Shown: positions 1-10,130, counted from the first letter of the stretch. The stretch: 64,000 nt of DNA from Candidatus Berkelbacteria bacterium (GCA_016213365.1 JACRAP010000023.1:15871-79870); one strand, 5' to 3'. The notes: generated by a model from the sequence alone, not told the origin. Translations and numbers: made by a program.

Positions 1-35
1 GAGCCCTTGGCGTAAGCCAGAGACTCTCGGGGTGG

Positions 36-755
36 TCATTTTGCGGCTGCCGACGAGCTGGACGCTGCGGCAGCAGCGGCAGCGGCGGCGGCCGCTTCGG
101 CGATGATATCGCCGATCGAGAGCGAGTTGTTGATGTTCATGCCTCCGAAGAGGCCACCCAACGAACTTGAGCGTTGGACGATGGTCGGCGGCGCGATCGT
201 CGCCGTTTGCTGCAGAGCTACCGAGTAGATGCGAACAAACTGGACGACTGGCACCTCTTCGCGGACGTACACGGTGCGCGTTTGGTAATGGTGGACAGGG
301 ATCTCGATTCGCTCACGGACGATCTTCGTCCGCTCTCGTTCAAATACACGCGTCTTGAGCGGAATTCGCTTCCGCTGCCAGACATAGTTTTTGCACGACT
401 GGACCTGAATCGGGTTATCTTCCCCGTCACAGATCACCTTCCTACCTGCAAGGCTTTCGTACTTCCACTTTCCGGTATTCCGGTAGTGGACGTACCCGTA
501 CTCGTCTTTGCGACCGGTACGAACATGAGTCCGTCCGGGAGCGGGCGTCAAGTAGTAGTCGACTCCCTCTCGAGAGTCGACCGCCTTCAGTCCACCATCT
601 TCGTGAGTGATGGTGACCTTAGGCTCACCATGGACGATCCGTTCGTCCTGAACGCTGGCGGACGAGCCGCTAGAGCCAGCGTCTTCGAAGACGACTTGGC
701 CAAAGCCAATAGCCGCCACAAGGGCGGCAAGAACTAACGTAAGAAGCCGTTTCAT
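36..755 (-). CDS. Secreted hypothetical protein with an N-terminal Sec signal peptide and a poly-Ala/Ser C-terminal tail, in the high-GC island
   Basis: ORF with N-terminus MKRLLTLVLAALVAAIGFGQ (signal-peptide-like). Local GC is about 55-60% versus about 38% elsewhere. It overlaps the upstream gene by 4 nt, suggesting an operon. Confidence 0.5.
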   Translation of the reverse strand: MKRLLTLVLAALVAAIGFGQVVFEDAGSSGSSASVQDERIVHGEPKVTITHEDGGLKAVDSREGVDYYLTPAPGRTHVRTGRKDEYGYVHYRNTGKWKYESLAGRKVICDGEDNPIQVQSCKNYVWQRKRIPLKTRVFERERTKIVRERIEIPVHHYQTRTVYVREEVPVVQFVRIYSVALQQTATIAPPTIVQRSSSLGGLFGGMNINNSLSIGDIIAEAAAAAAAAAAASSSSAAAK

Positions 756-1903
756 CGAATTTCCTCCTTGCTCACCACTATGAGCGCTGATCGACGGCCT
801 TGGCCGTCGGAAACGACGATCTCATCACCTAACTTCGGCGTCATTTTGAAGAACGCCGCGTAACGGCCGTTCGACTTTTTGCCCTTGGTGCGAAAGATGA
901 TGTTTCCGTCCCTCACAACTTCTACGTCGAACCCGCCGTCCGATCGAAGGAGTAGATAAAGGCGGTGTCCTGCAACGATATACGAGCTCCTTGCCTCGAA
1001 CGATTTCGGCTTGTCGCTGGAATCGATATCCTTAGCAATTCGCTCATCGCTCCAGTTGGTGGTCGACGGCACATAGCCGTATTTCCACACAACCTCGCTC
1101 GACTCGCGTCGAGTCGCAATCCCGGGAGTTGGTGCAGATTCAACCGTTTGGCTGACTTCTGGGTGTTCCACGGTTACCTGGTTTGAACTCCCCATAACAG
1201 CTTGTAGCTCGGCCTCGGTCGCAAAGTTACGAACTCTGCCGTCAGAAGTCATTCCCCAAACCGAGGGAGCTTGGGGGTTCATTACCTGCCCAGCTCCATG
1301 TACCGCAGCGCGCACTTTCTCGCTGTTGTACATCGAGAAGAACTGATCCATTGGGACATTGTGAAATTGGAAAAGAGCAGACTGCCCATCCCCCCATGAC
1401 ACACCTATACCAATAGCCCCCAAAGGCATCTCGTCCAACCATAAGATGGGGGATTCTGTTGGGTTACCGTTCTTGTCGATGAACCCCGCGTTATTGGAAA
1501 CGGTGCCGTCTGAGTGGACTTTTCCCCCACGAACACGCAACCGTAACTTCTTACTCGGCCCGTAGGCTGAGAAGATTGATATGTCAACATTTCGTGGCAT
1601 GTGCGAGGTATTGATCATTGGCACAGGCTGTAGTCCCACAGACCCGTTACGGTCCAAAGAAACTACATAAGAGAGTCCTCCATTGATTGACGAGAAGTAC
1701 CGCTCCCTTCCTTCGTGCCTCACAAAAACGTTCATCGAGCACACACCTGCAGATACAACCTCCTTCTTTTCAAGCTTGTCACCCGCAAGGGCGAAAATCA
1801 ACCTGAGTGGGTCGATCTGTGCCGAACTGACGGTCGGCAACGTGGCGACTACGAAAGTCGCCAAAAGTGCGAGAAAAAGGCGAACGTTTTTCATCGTCGC
1901 CAC
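752..1903 (-). CDS. Secreted hypothetical protein (383 aa) with a Sec signal peptide, in the high-GC island
   Basis: N-terminus MATMKNVRLFLALLATFVVATLPTVSSAQ. No recognisable catalytic motifs. GC-rich codon usage unlike the rest of the window. Confidence 0.5.
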   Translation of the reverse strand: MATMKNVRLFLALLATFVVATLPTVSSAQIDPLRLIFALAGDKLEKKEVVSAGVCSMNVFVRHEGRERYFSSINGGLSYVVSLDRNGSVGLQPVPMINTSHMPRNVDISIFSAYGPSKKLRLRVRGGKVHSDGTVSNNAGFIDKNGNPTESPILWLDEMPLGAIGIGVSWGDGQSALFQFHNVPMDQFFSMYNSEKVRAAVHGAGQVMNPQAPSVWGMTSDGRVRNFATEAELQAVMGSSNQVTVEHPEVSQTVESAPTPGIATRRESSEVVWKYGYVPSTTNWSDERIAKDIDSSDKPKSFEARSSYIVAGHRLYLLLRSDGGFDVEVVRDGNIIFRTKGKKSNGRYAAFFKMTPKLGDEIVVSDGQGRRSALIVVSKEEIR

Positions 1904-2674
1904 CTCCTATTTTCACGTTTTTATAGTTGATTCGCGTACAACTTTCGTTTCCGTTATGTTAACCTGCGCGTGCAAGGACATTACGGAGACTGTCTCAGCC
2001 AGGAAGAGGGAAGGAGGGAAATTGCCGAGAGTAGCAAGCTACTCAAAGTGGCAACTCTCCCTAATCCCAGCCGAGACAGTCCCCATAAAGCTCTATCGTC
2101 ACGTACGTCGCGATAATAGCATATACTTTCTCTGTTGTCAATCGATAATACCCTAATTTTGCATTATTAATAAAATAAGGAGCTCTGGTGGCCATACGGC
2201 AACACACAGAGCTCCCAGGAGCACCGTTACGAGCTTCGGTTAGGGCTAATCGAGTTACCCTGTTCCTTATATGGAACGTATATATCAAGTGCATTGCCGC
2301 AGCGATTTGCCTTGATTTTCTCTTGTAAACGGTGAAACCTCAAAACTCTCGACAAATCGAGAGTAAAGCGTTTGTTAACTTGGCCAATTTTAAGAACCTG
2401 AAGTAGGTCCACCAAGTTTTATATTTTGGACGGCAACGTCGTTGTCGCCTCCAAGCAGCCCACGAAACACGCAAATATTTTTATCCTAAAAGTGCGTTGC
2501 GCGATCGTGAGCTATTTGGAGTTAATGTTAAGGTGGGCCAATTTGGCTGAAAGCTCTTTAGACTTTCCCCTCTCGGCCTGTGTTATGTTTTTAGCATAAC
2601 GTCGGGATAATAGCATATGCTAATCAAAAAGTCAAGGGATTCGAGCATTATTTTAAATATCAATAAATAGTTTG

Positions 2675-2817
2675 CAGGTAAATTTCGTAACAACCGAAGC
2701 CGAAGGCGAGGTTTGTTGAAATTTACACCACACCCCTGTGGGAGCGACGGAGGAGGCTGGGGAGTTGTAGAGGGGTAGGGCGCGGCCTTCGCAACTCTGA
2801 GCACCCTACCCCTCTAC
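2675..2817. repeat. Inverted-repeat copy A (about 143 bp, GC-rich, with an internal 16-bp-stem hairpin), immediately 3' of cysS
   Basis: The sequence caggtaaatttcgtaacaaccgaagcc...ggagttgtagaggggtagggcgcggccttcgcaactctgagcaccctacccctctac is the reverse complement (about 95% identity) of 4528..4669. Confidence 0.85.
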
Positions 2818-2824
2818 AAAGTTA

Positions 2825-4159
2825 CTACCTTGAAAGGTAAACAGTCCCTTCTGGTGTATCCAATACCTCAAATCCGGCTTGTTCTATCTCTTTCTTCCTA
2901 TTATCTGCAGTTAAGTAATCTGCACCAGATCGTGCCTGTTCGCGTTGAGCTACTAATTCCTGAAGTGCCGGGTTGTTAGAAATTGACATATGCTTTAACC
3001 CTAATATTTCAAATATTTGCTCAAATTGCTCCTTATTAAAATCGTTTGTTTCGGTAGAAAGAATTTGTAGAGCTTTTGGCGTGTCCAAGTCGTCGTTTAG
3101 TGCTTCAATAAACCTGTTAAAAGCGTCTGTATTGGCGTTTTCTTGAGTATTAGCATATGCCATAAAAAGCTTATGTCTTAACGCCACTCCTTGCGCTAAC
3201 GATTCCTTGGTGTAATCAAACGGTTTACGGTAATGCGTACCATATAATGCCAATTTTAGCTCGTTTGCTGAATACTCCTTTAAAGCGTCTTTTACTAAAA
3301 CTGTGTTGTGAACTGACTTGCTCATTTTTTGACCATTAATTGTAAGCATTCCGGCATGCACCCAATAATTTGCCATTGGTTTATTAGTTAAAGCTTCTGA
3401 TTGGGCGATCTCGTTTTCGTGATGTGGAAATACATGTTCAACAGCAGAGCCATGAATATCGAAAGTATCACCAAGGTATTTTCGAATCATCGCCGAGCAT
3501 TCGATATGCCAACCTGGGTATCCGCGTCCCCAAGGCGAATCCCAAACAAATTCGTGACTCATAACGGGTGACGCTTTCCACAGAGCAAAATCCGCTGGAT
3601 TACGCTTATCCTTAGCGCTATCAACTCTTGTGCCGGTAATAACTTCCGCTAACGTTCGGTGACTTAGTTTGCCGTAATCGGCTTTTTTGGTAACACTAAA
3701 ATAAATATTATTCTGGTTTGTAACATATGCGTAATTATTTTCGATCAATCCTTGAATGAATTCTACAATTTCTTGAATGTGCTCGGATGCTTTTGGGAAG
3801 TTTGCGGCTGATAATATATTCAACGACCTTAAATCTTCTAGGTGCGAATCGGTATACATATGAGCGATATCCGACACCGACTTGCCGAGTTCGTGTGCTT
3901 TTTGTTGAAGTTTATCGGCGCCAACTTCTGCGTCGTTTACCAAATGTCCTACGTCGGTAATATTTTGTATGTAGGTAACGTCGTAACCTGAATATCTTAA
4001 AAATCGGTTTAATAAATCGAACGACAGATACGTTCGGGCGTGACCGATGTGATCGTAATCGTAAACAGTTGGACCGCAGACATACATACCAACTTTCTTT
4101 GGCTGAATCGATTGAAATTCCTCTTTACTACTAGTGAGAGTATTGTATATCTGGAGCAT
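2825..4159 (-). CDS. cysS: Cysteinyl-tRNA synthetase
   Basis: HIGH-type motif region [17 protein letters not shown] and KMSKS motif present. Class I CysRS architecture, 444 aa. Confidence 0.95.
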   Translation of the reverse strand: MLQIYNTLTSSKEEFQSIQPKKVGMYVCGPTVYDYDHIGHARTYLSFDLLNRFLRYSGYDVTYIQNITDVGHLVNDAEVGADKLQQKAHELGKSVSDIAHMYTDSHLEDLRSLNILSAANFPKASEHIQEIVEFIQGLIENNYAYVTNQNNIYFSVTKKADYGKLSHRTLAEVITGTRVDSAKDKRNPADFALWKASPVMSHEFVWDSPWGRGYPGWHIECSAMIRKYLGDTFDIHGSAVEHVFPHHENEIAQSEALTNKPMANYWVHAGMLTINGQKMSKSVHNTVLVKDALKEYSANELKLALYGTHYRKPFDYTKESLAQGVALRHKLFMAYANTQENANTDAFNRFIEALNDDLDTPKALQILSTETNDFNKEQFEQIFEILGLKHMSISNNPALQELVAQREQARSGADYLTADNRKKEIEQAGFEVLDTPEGTVYLSR

Positions 4160-4202
4160 TACGGAGTAATAGTACTAGAAATAGAACCGAAGTTAAAGTT
4201 GT

Positions 4203-4481
4203 TTACTCGTCGTCGCCGTAGGAGTCGTTGGAGTAACTTTTTAGTTCTTCCTCTTCTTCGTCTGACTGTAATTGTTCTAGCGATAACGGCGATGACATAT
4301 CGTCGCCTGTATTTATTAAATCTGAAAAATCGTCGTTTACTAATTCTTCATCGCCTTCGGCGGCCTTTTCGGGAGAGAATGTCTTCATTGGCAAACCGCA
4401 ATCCGGACAGACTGCGTTTTGGGTTGGAGAGGTATAACCACAATTTTCGCAAACGTAATCTTCTTGTAACTCAGCTTTCAT
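4203..4481 (-). CDS. Small acidic zinc-ribbon protein (CxxC-x11-CxxC N-terminus, Asp/Glu-rich tail), co-directional and upstream of cysS
   Basis: Protein MKAELQEDYVCENCGYTSPTQNAVCPDCG..., 92 aa with a very acidic C-terminus. There is a 43-nt gap to cysS. Confidence 0.5.
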   Translation of the reverse strand: MKAELQEDYVCENCGYTSPTQNAVCPDCGLPMKTFSPEKAAEGDEELVNDDFSDLINTGDDMSSPLSLEQLQSDEEEEELKSYSNDSYGDDE

Positions 4482-4527
4482 ATTATTAGGTTAAAATATC
4501 TGGGATTATTGTCAAGGGATTTATTTC

Positions 4528-4669
4528 GTAGAGGGGTAGGGTGCTCAGAGTTGCGAAGGCCGCGCCCTACCCCTCTACAACTCCCCACCCTGGCCGTCGC
4601 TCCCACAGGGGTGTGGTGTAAATTTCAACAAACCTCGCCTTGGGCTTCGGTTGTTACGAAATTTACCTG
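4528..4669. repeat. Inverted-repeat copy B (about 142 bp), upstream of the zinc-ribbon/cysS unit
   Basis: Reverse complement of 2675..2817. It contains the same internal hairpin gtagaggggtaggg...ccctacccctctac. Confidence 0.85.
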
Positions 4670-4705
4670 ATACTATTAGATAGTCATCTTGAGATAATAC
4701 TTTTA

Positions 4706-5350
4706 TTAGTTATAACTCCTACGTCCTTCGAGGGCTCGTGAGAGCGTTAGTTCGTCTGCGTACTCTAAGTCGCCGCCTACGGGCAATCCACGAGCGATAC
4801 GCGTAACTTTTATGTCCTTTGTAATTTTGCCTGCTTCGATTAATTCTTTTATTCTATCGTCGATATATAGCGCTGTTGCTTCGCCTTCAAGCGATGGGTT
4901 AGTTGCTAGTATCACTTCTTTTACCTCCTCGCCCTTTAAGCGCTCGATTAACTCGTTAATTTTTAAATCTTCCGGAGAGACGTTATTGATCGGTGAAATT
5001 TGTCCGCCTAAAACGTGATACCGTCCGTCAAACCGGGCTTTTTCTAGCGCTAAAACATCGAGCGGCTCTTCCACAACCGCGATCTTACCGACTTGCCGTG
5101 TAGTATCGCTACAAATACCGCACGGATCAGTTTCGGCAACTATTTGGCAAACCGAGCATTTAGTAAGATTTTGTTTTAAGCTAGAAAATGCTAATCCGAA
5201 CTTAGCAAGTTCGTCGTTACTTCTGCTTAGTAAATAAAAAGTTAAGCGGTTAGCAGTTTTCGGTCCAACGCCCGGTAAACTTGCTAGCACTTCAGAGAGC
5301 GCCTCGATTGATTTTGGTAAAACGTTCCTCATTCTTGGGTATAATCGCAC
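4706..5350 (-). CDS. recR: Recombination protein RecR
   Basis: HhH motif region LPGVGPKTANRL, a C4 zinc finger (CSVC...CGIC) and a C-terminal Toprim region. 214 aa. Confidence 0.9.
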   Translation of the reverse strand: MRLYPRMRNVLPKSIEALSEVLASLPGVGPKTANRLTFYLLSRSNDELAKFGLAFSSLKQNLTKCSVCQIVAETDPCGICSDTTRQVGKIAVVEEPLDVLALEKARFDGRYHVLGGQISPINNVSPEDLKINELIERLKGEEVKEVILATNPSLEGEATALYIDDRIKELIEAGKITKDIKVTRIARGLPVGGDLEYADELTLSRALEGRRSYN

Positions 5351-7533
5351 TGACTACAGCTTAAACCGCCTTTTTTCTTGACTAATAAATTATTACATTT
5401 GGGGCATTTTTGATCGACCGGCTCGTACCAAAACGCTGTTTTGCATTTTGGGTAATTACCGCATCCCCAGAAAACCTTACCCCTGCGGCTATTTTTGCGC
5501 AATATTTCACCGCCACAATTTGGGCATTTCACCTCGGCGGCAATACTTATAGATTTGGTATATTTACATTTTGGATAATTAGAACAGCCAATAAAATTAC
5601 CGAAACGACTTTGCTTTAAAGCCAGTTCACCGCCACAATCTGGACATTTTTCTTTCACCTCTTCTTGGATCTGTTCCTTTTCTTGTTCGCTAACATTATC
5701 TGAAAGGTACGGCGCTCGGTAATCACAGTCTGGGTAGCCAGAACACGAATAAAATTTCCCGTAGCGACCAAGTTTAATTACAACAACTTTACCGCACTTG
5801 GGGCATTTTTGGTCGGTTTTTTCTTCAACTAGTGCTTTTTTCTCGATCGTCTTATCTTTCTCGGCTAATAATTTTTCAAACGGTCCGTAGAACTCCGCCA
5901 ATACCTTCTCGAATTCTTTTTTGCCGTCGGCGATATCGTCCAAGCTCTCTTCCATATCGGCGGTAAAATTGTAATCGACTATCGACGGGAAATTCTCTAC
6001 CAACAAGTCCGTAACTACCTCTGCAACCGATTCGGGAATGAAACGACCAGTTTGTTTGGTTACGTATCCCCTATCAACGATCGTGCTCATAATCGGGGCG
6101 TAAGTTGATGGTCTGCCGATGCCACGCTTTTCTAACTCTTTTACTAAGGTCGCTTCAGAGTATCTTGCCGGTGGTTCGGTAAAATGTTGCTCGCTCAAGA
6201 GTTTTTGAACTTTTACTTTTTCGTCTTTTTTTAGTTTAGGCAGTTCGACATATCTTTCAGTCACTTCTGGATAAACTTTTAAATACCCATCAAAGATTAG
6301 TTTTCTACCTCTTGCTTGAAAATTTAAGTCCTTTCCGGCGGTAAGTGTTGCGACGGTGGTTTTGACTTGAGCTGGCGCCATCATCGAACCCAGCGCCGTT
6401 TTGTAAATCATTTCATAAAGCCGTGCGTGATCTCGAGATAAGTGTTTCGCCGCTTGTTCTGGAGTTAAAGTAAAATCTGAAGGACGGATCGCTTCGTGCG
6501 CTTCTTGTGCGCCCTTAACTTTTTTTGTAAAAATGTTTGGTTTTTCTGGCAAGTACGCCGCCCCAAATTGCTTACCAATTAAGTTTGTAGCTTGGTTTCG
6601 TGCTGACTGGGCGATATTAAACGAATCAGTACGCATATAAGTAATTAAGCCGACTGATTCACTAGAGCCCACTTCTATACCCTCGTATAACTCTTGAGCG
6701 ATTCTCATCGTGCGCTTTGCCGAAAATCCGTACAAACGCGCTGCCATTTGTTGTAGGGTCGAGGTAATTAGCGGCGCGACCGGTCGAGTTAACGACTCTG
6801 ATTCGCTAATATCGTTTACGGATAAATCCTTACCTTTTAGTATCTTCGTTAACGCATCGATCTCTTTTTGCGTTGAAACCTCCAATTTACTACCATCTTT
6901 ATGTAGCGCGGCGGCCTTGAAATTGCCCGACTCACTTTTGCAATCAGCTTCTAGCGTCCAAAATTCCCTAGTTTTAAACGCTTTAATTTCGCGTTCGCGC
7001 TCTACGATTAAACGTACCGCCACCGATTGAACCCGCCCTGCCGACAAGCCGCGATAAACTTTTTTCCACAGTAGCGGTGAGAGCTTGTAACCTACTAATC
7101 TATCTAAAATTCGTCTGGCTTGTTGGGCGTCGACTAAATCCATACTTAACTTGCGTGGTTTGGCGACTGCTTCTTGAACTGCAGATTTAGTAATCTCGGT
7201 AAACGAAACTCTAAAGGTTGGTTTTTTAGTTTTAAGTAACTCGGTTAAGTGCCACGCGATCGCCTCGCCCTCTCTGTCTGGGTCGGGCGCTAAATATAAG
7301 GCATCGCTTTTTTCTAGTTCTTTTTTAAGATCGCTGATAACGTTTTTTGCTTTGGCGATCGGTAGATAATCGACGTCAAAATTATTTTTTACATCGATTC
7401 CAAGTTTTGTTTTTGGCAAATCGCGTACATGACCGTACGACGCTTTAATTACAAAACTATCACCCAAATATTGGCCGATAGTTTTGGCTTTTGCTGGACT
7501 CTCCACGATTAATAAATTTCTTTTCTTCTCCAT
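5329..7533 (-). CDS. topA: DNA topoisomerase I with C-terminal zinc-ribbon repeats
   Basis: N-terminus MEKKRNLLIVESPAKAKTIGQYLG (Toprim), a type IA core, and four C-terminal CxxC...CxxC zinc ribbons. Confidence 0.95.
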   Translation of the reverse strand: MEKKRNLLIVESPAKAKTIGQYLGDSFVIKASYGHVRDLPKTKLGIDVKNNFDVDYLPIAKAKNVISDLKKELEKSDALYLAPDPDREGEAIAWHLTELLKTKKPTFRVSFTEITKSAVQEAVAKPRKLSMDLVDAQQARRILDRLVGYKLSPLLWKKVYRGLSAGRVQSVAVRLIVEREREIKAFKTREFWTLEADCKSESGNFKAAALHKDGSKLEVSTQKEIDALTKILKGKDLSVNDISESESLTRPVAPLITSTLQQMAARLYGFSAKRTMRIAQELYEGIEVGSSESVGLITYMRTDSFNIAQSARNQATNLIGKQFGAAYLPEKPNIFTKKVKGAQEAHEAIRPSDFTLTPEQAAKHLSRDHARLYEMIYKTALGSMMAPAQVKTTVATLTAGKDLNFQARGRKLIFDGYLKVYPEVTERYVELPKLKKDEKVKVQKLLSEQHFTEPPARYSEATLVKELEKRGIGRPSTYAPIMSTIVDRGYVTKQTGRFIPESVAEVVTDLLVENFPSIVDYNFTADMEESLDDIADGKKEFEKVLAEFYGPFEKLLAEKDKTIEKKALVEEKTDQKCPKCGKVVVIKLGRYGKFYSCSGYPDCDYRAPYLSDNVSEQEKEQIQEEVKEKCPDCGGELALKQSRFGNFIGCSNYPKCKYTKSISIAAEVKCPNCGGEILRKNSRRGKVFWGCGNYPKCKTAFWYEPVDQKCPKCNNLLVKKKGGLSCSQCDYTQE

Positions 7534-7554
7534 AATAAAAACCGTCCATACGGC

Positions 7555-8646
7555 TTATACTGACTGTTTTAAAGTATAATCGCCGTTACTTGTTAGCGCA
7601 ACCAGTCCAGATAGCTCTAGCTGGGTCAACTCTGTTAATATTTCATTGATACTTGAATTTGTAAGGTTTTGCAGTACATCTGCATTTGCGCTTTTCGTTT
7701 TTAATATTTCAACAATCGCACTACCAAGTTCTGTTAGCTCTATTTTTTGCGCGGATAATTTATAGTAACTGTTTAGTATTTCACTATTAATAAGCGGCGT
7801 TGCGCCGCAGGAAATTAAAAAGTTCGGCCCTTGGGAGGTGGGACGGGTGATATCGCCGGGAATTGCCATTAAATCGCGATTGTAGTCGATTGCGGCGCGA
7901 GCGGTAGTAAGCGTACCGGATTTTATTACTGCCTCAACAACTAATGTTAACGGCGCAAGACCGGCTAAAATGCGATTTCGAATTGGAAACTGATGCGCTT
8001 GCGGTAAAACTAGCGGCGGATACTCGCTAAGAATTACCCCACCGCTACCAATTATTTGTTCCGCTAATTTTTGATGTGCCTCAGGATAGATTCTATCTAA
8101 TCCCCCCGCTAGCACTCCAACCGTTTTACCACCGTTATTTAACGAAATTTCGTGGGCAATTTTATCGATTCCGTACGCTAAGCCACTGGCGATTACAACA
8201 CTACTGGCGAGCTGATCGCTAATTAAATTTTGCAACGCGTTTACGCCGTACTCAGTTGGTTTCCGAGTTCCAACGATCGTTAAAGTTGGGTTATTTAAGA
8301 TGGAAATATCGCCCCGATAAAATAACCAAAGTGGCGGATCGGTAATTTCTTTTAGTAATAACGGGTATTCGTTACTATCAATGGAGCAGATTTTTATATT
8401 AACTTTATTCATCAATTCAAGTTGTTTTTTTACGTTTTTTGGTCGAGATAAAAGCAATTTGGTTTGTTTTTGGCTAAATCCCCTACTAATTAATTCCGTA
8501 GAATTTGCTCGTAAAAAATCGTTAAAAGACTGAAAGCTCTTGTATACTTTTTGGCATATGTGCGGCGTTAAAAAATTGATCGAAGTAAAGCTAATTACAT
8601 CGCTTAAATTGGCTCCTAAAAACCACTGTTTTGCTGTTGACATCAT
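7555..8646 (-). CDS. dprA: DNA processing protein DprA/Smf
   Basis: Rossmann-like DprA core (VVIASGLAYGIDKIAH...VLAGGLDRIYP). 363 aa. Confidence 0.85.
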   Translation of the reverse strand: MMSTAKQWFLGANLSDVISFTSINFLTPHICQKVYKSFQSFNDFLRANSTELISRGFSQKQTKLLLSRPKNVKKQLELMNKVNIKICSIDSNEYPLLLKEITDPPLWLFYRGDISILNNPTLTIVGTRKPTEYGVNALQNLISDQLASSVVIASGLAYGIDKIAHEISLNNGGKTVGVLAGGLDRIYPEAHQKLAEQIIGSGGVILSEYPPLVLPQAHQFPIRNRILAGLAPLTLVVEAVIKSGTLTTARAAIDYNRDLMAIPGDITRPTSQGPNFLISCGATPLINSEILNSYYKLSAQKIELTELGSAIVEILKTKSANADVLQNLTNSSINEILTELTQLELSGLVALTSNGDYTLKQSV

Positions 8647-8828
8647 TTTATAAATATGTTAAATTACAAAAACTTGTCGAAATCAATATCGACTAGAGTA
8701 CATAAGACATGTAGCGCTCTCGAGAAATTGAGAGTGTTACTGCCTTCTGTACTACACTATCAGCGGCATAATAAATTCTGGTCGTTAAAAATGCAATGCA
8801 GGATAGTGAGAGTGCAAGGGGGTTAAAG

Positions 8829-8858
8829 AAAAAGCCACGGCGCAAGCTGTGGCTTTTT
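8829..8858 (-). terminator. Rho-independent terminator-like hairpin downstream of rplK
   Basis: Minus-strand sense gaaaaagccacagcttgcgccgtggcttttt followed by a T-run. Lies between the rplK stop and the dprA start. Confidence 0.5.
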
Positions 8859-8929
8859 CTAAATAAGAATTTTATTACTTTGCAACTTCAACTGCGAGCA
8901 ACTTGTTGCGAGAAGTGAAGTTGGCTCCG

Positions 8930-9355
8930 TTAGGAGATAACTTCAATCCCCATCGATTTAGCAGTTCCCTCGATAATTTTAACGGCTTGTTCGATTGTGC
9001 GGGCGTTTAAGTCGCTCATTTTATTTTCGGCGATAGCGCGTACTTGTTCAGCTGTAACTTTACCAATTTTTTCTTTGCGTGGTGTTTGCGAACCCTTTTC
9101 CAAGCCCGCTGCTTTCAATAACTGGTTTGCAGCTGGAGAAGTTTTGGTTACAAAGTCGAATGTTCGATCTTCGTAAATTGAAATTTCAACCGGAACGATC
9201 GAACCCATTTGTGCTTTAGTTCGCTCGTTAAACTGAGTGATGAAATCCATCATATTAACGCCGTGGGGACCAAGTGCGGTACCGATTTGCTGACCCGGCG
9301 TCGCCCGTCCTGCTGGTGCTTGTAGCTTAATAATTGTTTTTACTTTTTTTGCCAT
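8930..9355 (-). CDS. rplK: 50S ribosomal protein L11
   Basis: [38 protein letters not shown] is the canonical L11 N-terminus. Confidence 0.95.
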   Translation of the reverse strand: MAKKVKTIIKLQAPAGRATPGQQIGTALGPHGVNMMDFITQFNERTKAQMGSIVPVEISIYEDRTFDFVTKTSPAANQLLKAAGLEKGSQTPRKEKIGKVTAEQVRAIAENKMSDLNARTIEQAVKIIEGTAKSMGIEVIS

Positions 9356-9357
9356 TT

Positions 9358-9957
9358 TTATATTTTTTTAACTTGTAAGAAATCTAGATTTACCGGTGTT
9401 TCGCGGCCGAACATCGACACAGAAACTTTAATTTTGCCTTTTGTGGCGTCGACTTCGGTAATTTTGCCTTCGTATCCTTTAAGCGGACCGTCGTTGATAC
9501 GAACTAAATCGTCAACACTTAAATCAACCGTGTGTTCCGGCTCGTCGCGCTCCATTTTAGATTTAATTGCAACGATATCTGAATCTGGAATTGGAGTTGG
9601 GCGAACGCCGCTACCTAAAAACCCGGTAACGCTTGGGGTGTTTCGAACAACGTACCACGATTCGTCGGTAACGATCATATTTACAAACACATATCCCGGG
9701 AAACTGCGCTTTTCAACAGTTTTGCGCTTGCCGTTTTTAATCTCAACTTGTTTTTCTTTTGGCACAATTACATCGAAAATGTAATCCTGTAATCCCATAT
9801 TACTTATGCGTTGTTTTAAATTTTCAGCTACTTGATCTTCGTAACCGGCGTAAGTGTGGATAACGTACCAACCAGCTTCGCCGCTTTGACGCGCGACAGA
9901 ATCGTTAGCATCTGCTTTTTCGGTTTCTTCTGTATTTACTACTTCTTCTTGTGTCAT
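9358..9957 (-). CDS. nusG: Transcription termination/antitermination factor NusG
   Basis: NGN domain ([22 protein letters not shown]) and a C-terminal KOW motif. 199 aa. Confidence 0.95.
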   Translation of the reverse strand: MTQEEVVNTEETEKADANDSVARQSGEAGWYVIHTYAGYEDQVAENLKQRISNMGLQDYIFDVIVPKEKQVEIKNGKRKTVEKRSFPGYVFVNMIVTDESWYVVRNTPSVTGFLGSGVRPTPIPDSDIVAIKSKMERDEPEHTVDLSVDDLVRINDGPLKGYEGKITEVDATKGKIKVSVSMFGRETPVNLDFLQVKKI

Positions 9958-10130
9958 TATTTTAATGCCAATACAACTAATTCTTTAAAACCTAAATCAA
10001 TTCCCGCAATTATTAATGTCGCAATAATAATTGTTACTACAACCATAATACTGTGCTTGGCAACAGTTTCGCGCGTTGGCCAAATAACTTTCTTTGCTTC
10101 TTCAACTAACGAGCCGATGAATTTTTTCAT
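9957..10130 (-). CDS. secE: Preprotein translocase subunit SecE (57 aa); not in the supplied ORF track
   Basis: Manual translation gives MKKFIGSLVEEAKKVIWPTRETVAKHSIMVVVTIIIATLIIAGIDLGFKELVVLALK: a single TM helix and the KxxWP motif. The stop overlaps the nusG start by 1 nt. Canonical secE-nusG-rplK order. Confidence 0.8.
   Translation of the reverse strand: MKKFIGSLVEEAKKVIWPTRETVAKHSIMVVVTIIIATLIIAGIDLGFKELVVLALK

Noticed and set aside
2160-2685. Possible RNase P RNA, tmRNA or SRP RNA in the ORF-free region upstream of the cysS repeat.
   Set aside because: By eye I could not find the universally conserved P4 (AGGAAAGTCCGGGC / ACAGAANCCGGCTTA), tmRNA tRNA-like ends, or SRP domain IV motifs on either strand. 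It is kept only as an unclassified candidate region.
2583-2804. A 73-aa ORF overlapping inverted-repeat copy A; likewise other short ORFs opposite known genes (4040..4489, 9434..9784, 9832..10137, 33915..34181, 46363..46602, 46654..47100 and others).
   Set aside because: They lie within a repeat or antisense to well-supported genes and have no RBS or conserved motif, so they are most likely spurious frames.
4203-4481. Whether the acidic zinc-ribbon ORF is a T-box or leader peptide for cysS.
   Set aside because: No T-box consensus (AGGGTGGNACCGCG) or antiterminator is visible. The ORF has a proper zinc-ribbon and a reasonable length, so it is kept as a small protein.
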